Part shown: positions 53,446-64,000 of the stretch, piece after piece | Layout: each line of letters begins with the position of its first letter | Position numbering within the stretch: position 1 is the first letter of the stretch | Source: Octopus sinensis | Taxonomy: Eukaryota | Direction of reading: 5' to 3' | Assembly (NCBI RefSeq): GCF_006345805.1 | Contig: NW_021835459.1 | Span: forward strand, 6,553 to 70,552 | Length of the DNA: 64,000 nt | Notes under the pieces: model-generated | Database searches by the model: none | Told to the model about the DNA's origin: nothing | What the model saw: the letters and a program-made list of their open reading frames with translations, nothing else | Translations under genes and position numbers: made by a program

Positions 53446-53720
53446 AAAGAGAAAATACAGTGGCCAGAAATGGTTGGATAAAACAGGAGCTAGAGGGTTA
53501 TGTAATACTTTTAAAATATTTAAAAATACGAAGGATTTTCTGAATGCATGAACTCCAACACCTAATTTATTATTAATTAATTTATCATTGTTCCTTTTTC
53601 TTAATATTTCATATAGCTTCATACCACACACACACACACAGACACACACGCGCGCGCGCACACACACACACTCACACACACATTCTCTCTCTCTCTCTCT
53701 TTCACACACACACACTCTCC

Positions 53721-53757
<37 letters not shown>

Positions 53758-53903
53758 TGCTGAACAATGAAAATGAGTGCTCAACACTGTATTGGTGGAT
53801 AGAATTTCTTTATTTGTGTATTAAGGCTACCATTGGTTTCATGTTAAGAAAGTTATCTTAATATCCTAACAATTTTTCAAGCTGATCACATGGAGGAATG
53901 ATG

Positions 53904-53950
<47 letters not shown>

Positions 53951-55421
53951 CATGCAAAGCATAATTAGCAAAAAGTTAAATATGAAAGCAAGAAAGAGTA
54001 CACCAAGTACAAGATTGCAAACCACAATGTGGTTTTATGTATTGGTGCTAAAGAATGGTCTTTAGGAGAACTAGAAAACCACTTGAGATGTCATGTCAGT
54101 GTTTGGTAGAACAAGGAGTCATAAACAGAAGTGAATAGATACACTAACACAATTGTATACATATGTGTATGGATGCAAGTATGTAAGTATGTTTGTATGT
54201 TGGTTTGTATATATTGATACCTGTTATATGTGTGTGTATGTAATTATGTATATACAATCACTCATATATATATGTGTATGAATACCTATTTATAAATTGA
54301 ATAATAGAACACACATACATGTGTATATATATGTATATATATGTGTGTATGTGTGTGTGTGTATGTGTGTACATGTATTGTTACACGGATGTATATATGT
54401 GTATGATGTATTCATGTATATACATGTATATACGTAACTTTGGTACATCGGTATGATACCATCCTATTTATAGAATAACGAAAATGGCAATAGCAATATA
54501 GTTTGGCCATATCATTTCTGAAGTCATTAATGATTTAAGCAAAATTATTCCAATTGGTAATAGAAATAATGTCAGAGACTTGAGTTGTGGAGAGCTGAAA
54601 GCTATAAATATACACAAAATTGACATGTTAATAGCTGTGTTCAAGTGTGCGTGTGCGTGCGTGTGTGTGTGTGTGTGTGTGTGTGTATTTATACTTAGAT
54701 AAGTTTCAGCCAGATTGGCCCAGGCCGTATCTAACTTAATAGCTCCACTTGGAAAGGACATTTAATGATGCCTCATATTAATCATTCTTTAGGCATGACA
54801 GCCCATTCAAGTAAAGAGTTATTGTTGCCGAGATATATCCGGAGATAGGCAATTTATCTGGAATTTGTTAGAGATATATGTCCAGGAACTGCTTAAATAT
54901 TAAGGGATATTTTCCTTCTATTATGTGTCTTAGTATGATGTTAGTGGGAGCAGGTCCGGTTGAGGAGAAATAGTTCTGTTTTAGTGTTGCGATGTGATAC
55001 GAAAATGATTTTTGTAGAGGATGGACAGCATAGAAACCAAGCCTCAGGTGAATTTTTACATGAATGCCGACATCATTTGGGCAGTGCTGTTGGAATATTT
55101 TCTCTCTCCTACAAATGATATAGTGCTGTTGGAGATGTTGGAGGGAATAAAGACTGAGTTATTCAAGACAGTCCCAACAAACAAGACCTGTCATGCTATC
55201 TATTTTCCTTGTGATTGATCACTGGATGATCTCTTTTATCTTATATTTATCTTGTAAACAAATAATACAATATTACAAGCATTTTATAAGCATTTTATAA
55301 TGTTTCTTTCTTTTCTGGAAACTCGCTGCGTATTGGCAGCTGATGGCTCATGGACTGGCACCAGTCCATGGACCACTACTTTGAGTAGCACTGATTTAGA
55401 TGACAGTTTATTCCTTGCACC

Positions 55422-55470
<49 letters not shown>

Positions 55471-55640
55471 CCTATATATATATATATATATAATTGTTAA
55501 AGAAGACAACAAACACTAAGGAAAGACAAACATCTCGAGTCATATATGCTATTATTATTGGAATTCCAATAACAATAACATGTATATGTACAGACACACA
55601 CAAGCACGAACACACATCACATACATACACATATATATAC

Positions 55641-55925
55641 ACATCATCATCATCATCATCGTTTAGCGTCCGTTTTCCATGCTAGCATGGGTTGGACGGT
55701 TCTACTGGGGTCTGTGAAGCCAGAAGGCTTCATCGGGCCCAGTCAAATCTGGCAGTGTTTCTACGGCTGGATGCCCTTCCTAACACCAACCACTCCGTGA
55801 GTGTAGTGGGTGCTTTTTATGTGCCACCCGCACAGGTGCCAGACAGAGCTGGCAAACGGCCACGAACGGATGGTGCTTTTTATGTGCCACCGGCACGAGG
55901 GCCAGGCAAGGCTGGCAACGGACAG
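55641..55925 (-). mobile_element. Family B element
   Basis: (CAT)n gtttagcgtccgttttccatgctagc...gatgcccttcctaacaccaaccac. Confidence 0.85.
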
Positions 55926-56113
55926 CATGTATATAAATATATATATATGTATATGTTGGTGTGTGTGTGTGTGTAGGAGTGTCTTTGTGTTGCTTCCACA
56001 CTACTGCTTGACAATTGGTGTTGGTTTGTTTCTGTCTTTGAAACTTAGTGGCTCACTAAAAAACATTGATGGAATAAGTACCCACCATGAAAATTAGCAT
56101 TGGTGCCACTATA

Positions 56114-56530
56114 GGTGCAGGAGTTGCTGTGTAGTAAGTAGCTTGCTTAACAACCACATGGATCCGGGTTCAGTCCCATTGTGTGGCACTTTGGACAAGT
56201 GCCTTCTACTATAGCCTCAGGCCGACCAAAGCCTTGTGAGTGGATTTGGTAGATGGAAACTGAAAGAAGCCCGTCGTATATATGTATATATATATATGTA
56301 TGTGTGTGCATATGTTTGTGCGTCTGTGTTTGTCCCTCCCCCCTAAAATCGCTTGACAATCGATGCTGGTGTGCTTACGTCCCCATAACTTAGTGGTTCA
56401 GCAAAAGAGTGATAGAATGAGTACTAGGCTTACAAAGAATAAGTCCTGGGGTCGATTTGCTTGACTAAAGGTGGTGATCCAGCATGGCCACAGTCAAATG
56501 ACTGAAACAAATAAAAGAGTAAAAGAGTAA
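56114..56530 (+). mobile_element. Family A SINE, full length
   Basis: Same head, body and tail as the other copies. Confidence 0.9.
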
Positions 56531-57001
56531 AAGAATTTACTTGATCAAACACTCCAAAGTGCTGCCCCAGAATGGTCACAGTCCAATGAGCAAAACAGGT
56601 AAATGATAAAAAGATATTAAGTTGCACCAAAAGGTAAGGTTGAACTCAGCATTATAAACTAAGGAGACAATTGTTTACTTCACTGTGTTTTTGTTATGTT
56701 TTTGTAAGCAAGTGGGTTGAACTGGGTCACTTGACAATTTAATATCTCTGCCTTAGGACATAACAGAGTGTGGATGACAGGATGTGAGCTAGAGACCTTT
56801 GTTGTTAGTCCACTCAGCTCCTGTTGACTCTTCCTCACATGCACACACTCATACACACATGTTTGCGCACACAATTTTATGTGAAGAAATACCTTGCCAT
56901 TGTATAAAACTTTGTATTATATAATCTATGTATCTATCACTCTTTCATTCACTTCCTCTCTCTGTGTATATGTGTGTGCATGTGTGTGTGTGTGAGTGTG
57001 T

Positions 57002-57051
<50 letters not shown>

Positions 57052-57082
57052 ATGTGTGTATGTATGTGTGTGTATATATTCT

Positions 57083-57476
57083 CGTTTATTCTTATTTGTT
57101 TCAGTCATTTGACTGCAGCCATGTTGGGGCATCGCCTTTAGTCAACAAATAATCAACCCCAAGACTTATTCTTTGTAAGCCTAGTACTTATTCTATAAAT
57201 CTCTTTTGCCAAACAACTAAGTTATGGGGACATAAACACACCAGCATCGGTTGTCAAGCAATGTTGTGGGGGACAAACACAGACACACATACCTATATAT
57301 CTATATATATATATATGACGAGCTTCTTTCAGTTTCTTCTACCAAATCCACTCACAAGGCTTTGGATGGCCTGAAGCTATAGCAGAAGACACTTCCCCAA
57401 GGTACCACCACGTAGTGGGACTGAACCTGGAACCATGTGGCTGGTAAGCAAGCTAGTTACCACAGAGCCACTCCTG
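57083..57476 (-). mobile_element. Family A SINE, full length, inverted relative to 56114-56530
   Basis: Reverse complement of the family A consensus. Confidence 0.88.
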
Positions 57477-57806
57477 TATATATACATATACCTGCCTGTG
57501 TTCGGATTGTCCTCGCACAGGGCCATCTGGACTTCCATCTTCTCTGTGAACAGAAATTAATCTTCTCTCTTTGCTTCTTTGCACCACATGGGCTCAACTC
57601 TACTCTCTACTCCATCTAACCCCCTCCTCTCCTCTCTTCCTCTCACTCCTACTTTTTACCTTCACTCCCACCCACCTCTCCTCTCCTCTCTTGCTCTGAC
57701 ACCTACTTCCTCTCTTCACTCCTACCCACCTTCTCTCTTCCACCCTCTTCCTTCATCGTCACCCCCTTCATTGTTACCCTACCCTCACCCCAACCCACAC
57801 TCCGCC

Positions 57807-57839
57807 CTGTTGAAGAGCATAGGCTCGAAACGTAAAAGA
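57807..57839 (+). ncRNA. Minimal hammerhead-like motif (A6U variant; 5' strand of stem I lost)
   Basis: CTGTTGA-A-GAGC atag GCTC-GAAAC-GTA-AAAGA. Confidence 0.45.
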
Positions 57840-58022
57840 TTTTCTCAACTCCCGCGAGCTAAACTAATACATCTGTTTGTTGTTTACACAACTGTCTTCG
57901 TCTTTTGCTTTGTTTGGTTTTTTTTTGTAAATTCCAAATGTCTTTCAAAATGTGACTTTGTGTGTACCGTTGGCGATTTTTTTTCCTCTGTCTTCCCTTC
58001 TTTGGATCTTTCCTTCTCCTAT

Positions 58023-58057
58023 GTTTCCGACGAAGAGCTCCGCTCGAAACGTTAAAC
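58023..58057 (+). ncRNA. Minimal type-I hammerhead-like motif (U4C variant)
   Basis: GTTT-CCGACGA-A-GAGC tcc GCTC-GAAAC-GTT-AAAC; all three stems pair. Confidence 0.6.
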
Positions 58058-58192
58058 CCCGCTTCTTTTCTTCTTTCCTGAACGTCCAATAATACTATAT
58101 TTGTTCCACGTCCTCACGTTGTTGTGTTTTTTTGTGCTTTCTTGTTTGGATTAACTATATATATATATATATATGTATATAATATATACATA

Positions 58193-58921
58193 CAGAGTGT
58201 AATGAATAAACTGTAGTCCAAATTATGCAAAAATGAAAATAACACTAACATCTCATTTCTCATTTTAACAGATATATTTACCAAAATTATATAAAAATAT
58301 TTTCAAATACTAAAGAGTAAATATTATTTATGCAACTCCTCTGGGTGGTCTCCTTGTTTAAGTTGGTGAATGCTGCCATAAATCTTGCCTTCAGTTCATC
58401 TTTGGTGTTACTAGGAGTTTTGCTGGTCTCGCACTCAACTGCACCCCACATATAATAATCAAGCGAGTTGCAGTCTGGGATATTAGGGGTGATGTGGTTG
58501 CAGAAATTGTCTGACAGCCATGACTGTTCTCCTGCTTCTGTGACGTGGTTCAGAGTCTTGTTGACAGACATAGAGTCTTCTAGCAGCTACCCTTTTCACC
58601 CGGGGTTACACTACCTCCTCCAAGTACTTGATGTTGAGTGTGAGGCTGTGTGGTAAGATGAATGGAGGCATAACATCGCCATCACTATTGATCACTCAAA
58701 CACTCTGAAATGTTCGTATTGGAGCTTCTGGCATGAATGCCAAGCAGTGCAACATGTTATTCCCAAATTTCTGGCAGTGAATTGTGTCATGGTACTGTTT
58801 TTCTCACAGATGGTGCCCAACTGACCCTACTTTACTGTGTAGTTGACAAAATCAAAAAGAAACAATGCACATGTGTAAAATTAAAAGTATAAAATGGCTG
58901 CAATTAACTCATCACATCCTG
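58193..58921 (-). mobile_element. Third maT (DD37D) deletion derivative with a larger deletion
   Basis: TA-flanked TIRs; remnant WLSDNFCNHITPNIPDCNSLDYYMWGAVE. Confidence 0.85.
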
Positions 58922-59139
58922 TATATATATATATAGATAATATATAATATAAAAAGATGAAGACGGGCGTGAGATCATTACTGAAGGCACTGAAAGGCTT
59001 TTATAATACATGTATATGTATATACATATATTATATAATATATATATATATATATATATAAGAGAAAAAAATCTATCAGAAAGGAAAAATCTATCTCTCT
59101 TAAAAAAATATCTTTTATAATACATGTATATGTATATAC

Positions 59140-61012
59140 CACCATCCGAAGACCCGGCAAGACTAGTCAGGTCATAACCCGTGGGCCCTACCTGGGACGT
59201 AGTCAGTCCACCTGTACATACCTTCCGATTGTGAAGACCTGCTGAGGCAAGTGAAAATCAAATCAAATCAAAACAAATCAAAATAGATGAACATCAATGG
59301 AATTTGTATCCTTGTGATACCAGTGCCAGTGGCACACAGAAAAGAACCATCCGAACGTGGCCGTAGTCAGTACCGCTTGTGGTACCAGTGCGGTGGCACA
59401 CAAGAATCCATCCGAACGTGGCCGTAGTCAGTACCGCTTGTGGTACCAGTGCCGGTGGCACACAAAGAATCCATCCGAACGTGCCGTAGTCAGTACCCGC
59501 ATCACTGGCCATCCGATCGTGGCCGTTCGCCAGCCTCATCTAGCACCTGTGTCGGTGGCACATAAAAACACCATCCGAAGACCCGGCAAGACTAGTCAGG
59601 CCATAACCCATGGCCCCTACCTGGGACGTAGTCAGTCCACCTGTGCATACCTTCCTTCTTGTGACACTTGTGAAGACCTGTTGAGGCAAGTGAAAATCAA
59701 ATCAAAACAAATCAAAATAGATGAACATCAATGGAATCTGTATCTTGTGGTACCAGTGCAGCCGGTGGCACACACTTGTGGTACCAGTGCCGGTGGCACA
59801 CATGAGAAACCATCGAACGTGGCCGTAGCCAGTTCCGCATCGATGACCGGCCTCCGTGCTGTGGCACGTAACAAACAAACACCATCCGATCATGGCCGTT
59901 CGCCAGCCTCATCTGGCTCCTGTGTCGGTGGCACATAAAAACACCTTCCGAAGACCCGGCAAGACTAGTCAGTCCACCGTGCATACCTTCCTTCCTTCTT
60001 GTGACACTTGTGAAGACCGGTTGAGGCAAGTGAAAATCAAATCAAATCAAATCAAATCAAAATAGACAAAATAGAGATGAACATCAATGGAATTTGTATC
60101 TTGTGGTACCAGTGCCTGTGGCACACAAGAAATCCATCAGTGCCGTAGTCAGTGCGGTGGGCACATGACAAACACCATCCGATCGTGGCCGTTCGCCAGC
60201 CTCATCTAGCACCTGTGTCGGTGGGCACATAAAAACACCATCCGAAGACCCGGCAAGACTAGTCAGGCCATAACCCATGGCCCCTACCTGGGACGTAGTC
60301 AGTCCACCTGTGCATACCTTCCTTCTTGTGACACTGTGAAGACCTGTGGAGGCAAGTGAAAATCAAATCAAATCAAAACAAATCAAAATAGATGAACATC
60401 AATGGAATTGTATCTTTGTGGTACCAGTGCCGGTGGCACGTGGCACATAAGAAAACCATCCGAACGTGGCCGTAGCCAGTACCGCATCGACTGGCCTCCG
60501 TGCTGTGGGCACGTAACAAGCACCATCCGATCGTGGCCGTTTGCCAGCCTCATCTGGCACCTGGGTCGGTGGCACATAAAAACACCAAAACACCATCCGA
60601 GCGTGGCCGTCTGCCAGCCTCGTCTGGCACCTGTGTCGGTGGCACATAAAAACACCATCCGAGCGTGGCCCGTCTGCCAGCCTCGTCTGGCACCTGTGTC
60701 GGTGGCACAAAAAAACAACCATCCGAGCGTGGCCGTCTGCCAGCCTCGTCTGGCACCTGTGTCGTGGATGGCACATAAAAAACACCATCCGAGCGTGGCC
60801 GTTTGTCAGCCTCGTCTGGCACCTGTGTCGGTGGCACATAAAATCACCCACTACACTCTCGGAGTGGTTGGCGTTAGGAAGGGCATCCAGCTGTAGAAAC
60901 ACTGCCAGATCTGACTGGACTGGTGCAGCTTTCGGGCTCCCCAGACCCCAGTTGAACCGTCCAACCCATGCTAGCATGGAAAGCGGACGTTAAATGATGA
61001 TGATGATGATGA

Positions 61013-61015
<3 letters not shown>
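59140..61015 (+). repeat. Tandemly amplified family B element: four 294-429-bp blocks plus 50-60-bp subrepeats, with one 3' tail
   Basis: gaagacccggcaag occurs at 59148, 59577, 59950 and 60244; the subrepeat caccatccgagcgtggccgt...gtggcac recurs; a single (GAT)n tail ends at about 61015. Confidence 0.9.
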
Positions 61016-61063
<48 letters not shown>

Positions 61064-61123
61064 TATGTGTGTGTATGTATATATATATATATCTTTTATA
61101 ATACATGTATATGTATATACATG

Positions 61124-61168
<45 letters not shown>

Positions 61169-61319
61169 AGAGAAAAAATCTATCAGAAAGGAACTCTATC
61201 TCTCTTAAAAAAATATCTTTTGATAAGCATAACAAATGCGCAACCGGTAAAAAGAACTTTCACCTAATTAAATACACTCTCTCTTACTTAAATTATTTTG
61301 TCAGCATTTTCTTCATTTC

Positions 61320-61365
<46 letters not shown>

Positions 61366-61453
61366 TATATATAATACATGTATATACAGATACATGTATT
61401 ATAAAAGCCTTTGAGTGCCTTCAGTAATGATCCCATGCCTGTCTTCATCTTTT

Positions 61454-61516
<63 letters not shown>

Positions 61517-61989
61517 TATACAGGATGTGTTAATTGCCGCCATTTTATACTTTTAATTTTGCACATGTGCATTGTTTCTTTGAGTGCCTTCAGTAATGAT
61601 CCCACACCTGTTTTCATCTTTTGTTTTATGTAAATTTGAACTATATATATAAATATATATATAATATACACTACATATGTGGGAATCTGTGGGTGTGTTT
61701 GTTTGTGGCACTGTTATCTAACTCCTCCTACATTGTTTTATCGATTTTGATGCAACTTGACACATGAGTAGAACTCATGTCTGGATAACTAGTGACATAT
61801 TTAGATTGTTGAAAAAAATGAATAATAGGGCCCCTGGAAAGGATTCTTATATCTACTACAGATAACTAATATATTATTTTTAAACATTCAAGGGAAATAG
61901 CCTTTTCACTCCTGAAAGGGATCCTTATATATAGCCAAGGGAAATAACCCATTCATGTTTGTAAATTATTTCATATAAATTAAATTGAG

Positions 61990-62586
61990 TAAGCTTGTTT
62001 CTTAGTATTTGAGCTATTTTCGCAATTTATCCAGTACAACTTTTAAACAAGTAAATAGTATTTTCCTAACCAATAGATCCACCTATTTCAGTTAGAGACT
62101 TACTCACAAATATACCAACACTAGTGCCACTGAGGGTTTGTAATATTCTATGCAAACACACAAAAGCTTTTTCAGAGTTATATACTTTGAATTGTTATTA
62201 TCTTATATCTTATTAGCCTGTTATTACGTAACATGCTTCACGACTTTAGTACACATACCTTATTAGTATTTCCTCATAAGTTCTATATACTCTACAAACA
62301 CATCAAAGCCCTTTTCGGGGCTACTTTATTTGAATTCTTACTATTGGGTACTTAATTTCATGTTATTACATAACTGACTTCCCAATTTGTGTATTGATGA
62401 CTTATTGGGAATTCCTAAAAACAAGATCCTGTGTAAGACATTTCGGTATTCTCAATAAATGCACAAAAACCATTTTAAGGGCTACATACTTTGTATTGTT
62501 GTTACTGGATTAGTGAAACAATTATGAGAACAGAACCAAGGAATAAGCCCCACTTTTCCAGGAATTACTGGGTACGTCAGCTAGTA
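61990..62586 (-). mobile_element. Helitron-like non-autonomous element (homolog of 3728-4700)
   Basis: Reverse complement begins tactagctgacgtacccagtaattcctgg and aligns with the 3.7-4.7 kb copy. Confidence 0.6.
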
Positions 62587-62654
62587 TATATATATATATC
62601 CATATTCAAAATTTTAGTTCATTGATTAAACCTCGCCAAGTTAAATATGTAAAC

Positions 62655-62718
62655 CACCTGAAGAATGACTGTAACTTGAAAATTTTAAGAATTGAACAGC
62701 CATGAAACGATCGTAGTG
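62655..62718 (+). ncRNA. Type-I hammerhead ribozyme with a canonical core
   Basis: CAC-CTGAAGA-ATGACTGT...ACAGCCAT-GAAAC-GATC-GTA-GTG. Stem II pairs at 7/8, stem III is the perfect palindrome ACGATCGT, the triplet is GUA, and cleavage is predicted after 62715. Confidence 0.7.
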
Positions 62719-63506
62719 TTATATTAATTATCTTTTTTAATAATTTTGATATATATTTAAATAATATAAATTAATTAATCTTATGTATTGGCTTAAGTTT
62801 TTCATTGTATGATTTGCCTAATAGTGGTTTTATCTCTAATTTAATATAATATATATCCATATATATATATATGAATATATATCAAGGGCAAGCGAATACG
62901 TATACAAGTTGCCAACATGCTAGAAAAAGATGCTAATGTCTAAAATCTATCTTAAGATATCACCATAAAGTATAAACACGTCTGTACTCAAGCAAATAAA
63001 TGAACAGATTCATGATACGGTTCAATTACATATCAATTGATTTCGAGATTAAGGGATAATCCCTTTTTCTGTTATCAGTGTAATATAACCCAATCAATGC
63101 ATATAAATACAACAAAATACATACCCATGAAACAGAACGGCTATTTTATTTAATTTGATTTTCACAGGAAGGATTGTTTCATTAAAGTCATGTATCGCCT
63201 TGACCTTCGAAACGTGGAGTGAGATGAAACAAAGGCGACTGAAGAAGGGGAATTTTTCCTTGTTTGTATGTCTGTACTCTTTTTTCGTTGTTTAAGAAAA
63301 ATGTCCATTCCTTGGTTTTGTGTTATGTTTTCGTTTCTCATTGGTTCGACGTTTTTTTTTGGTGTCCTGTACCCATATATGCATGTATATACACATATAT
63401 CGATGTAGGTACATACATATATGTATGTATATATGCATATGTTTTATTTATTATTTTATTATATGATAGAATGCCACGCATCCACTTCTAAGTTAGGTTT
63501 AATCTT

Positions 63507-63537
<31 letters not shown>

Positions 63538-63672
63538 TATATATATAATATATATATATATATATAATATATATCCGTAATAATGAAGGGTGAAATTAAT
63601 TAATTTGGAATAATTATCATTACACCAAGTAGTCTTCGGCATGTAAAGCCTCATTCGAGGAAAATTTAAGTA

Positions 63673-63905
63673 ATACTAAGCAATAAAGGGTTTAGCAACG
63701 AATTGCCTTACCACATACCGAATTTAGAAATAGCAGTCAAAGAGTTATAGCTATTTTCTACTAAAAAGGGAGATCTCAGAATGCTTGTTGTTTTTACTGA
63801 CTAGATCTCCCTTTTTAGTAGAAGAAATAGCTATAACTCTTTGACTGCTATTTCTAAATTCGGTATGTGGTAAGGCAATTCGTTGCTAAACCCTTTATTG
63901 CTTAG

Positions 63906-63908
<3 letters not shown>
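63673..63908. repeat. Long fold-back inverted repeat (104/106-bp arms, 26-nt spacer)
   Basis: Arms 63673-63776 and 63803-63908 are exact reverse complements except for one 2-nt indel. Confidence 0.95.
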
Positions 63909-63942
<34 letters not shown>

Positions 63943-64000
63943 GTATGTGGCACATAAAAAGCACCATCCGTTCGTGGCCGTTTGCCAGCTCTGTCTGGCA

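Noticed and set aside
59140-61015. CRISPR-like repeat-spacer array
   Set aside because: Eukaryotic context, the inter-repeat segments are themselves homologous, and there are no cas genes; it is a SINE-internal tandem expansion.

Overview
Eukaryotic, AT-rich DNA saturated with microsatellites and transposon debris. The SINE families (tRNA-headed and RTE-tailed, with TA/CAT tails) look like those of Octopus (coleoid cephalopod); this is my recognition, not a database result. I find no intact protein-coding gene, rRNA, true tRNA gene or CRISPR array. Almost all supplied ORFs are microsatellite or SINE read-through. Supported content: about 40 SINE copies in four families; three internally deleted maT (DD37D) Tc1/mariner elements plus a fragment; mariner, hAT, piggyBac-type and palindromic MITEs; Helitron-like elements; decayed CR1/L2-like and RTE LINE fragments; and the 5' part of a LINE whose ORF1 appears to pair a Myb/SANT-like domain with a CCCH zinc finger (52.3-53.4 kb). 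The main signal not explained by the ORF track is seven minimal type-I hammerhead-ribozyme-like motifs, all on the + strand. One has a fully canonical core (62655-62718), two tandem copies would excise a 219-nt RNA (57807-58057), and two non-canonical cores recur. There are also several fold-back or template-switch structures and a few weak short-exon candidates. Repeat boundaries are approximate unless a TSD or TIR is cited.
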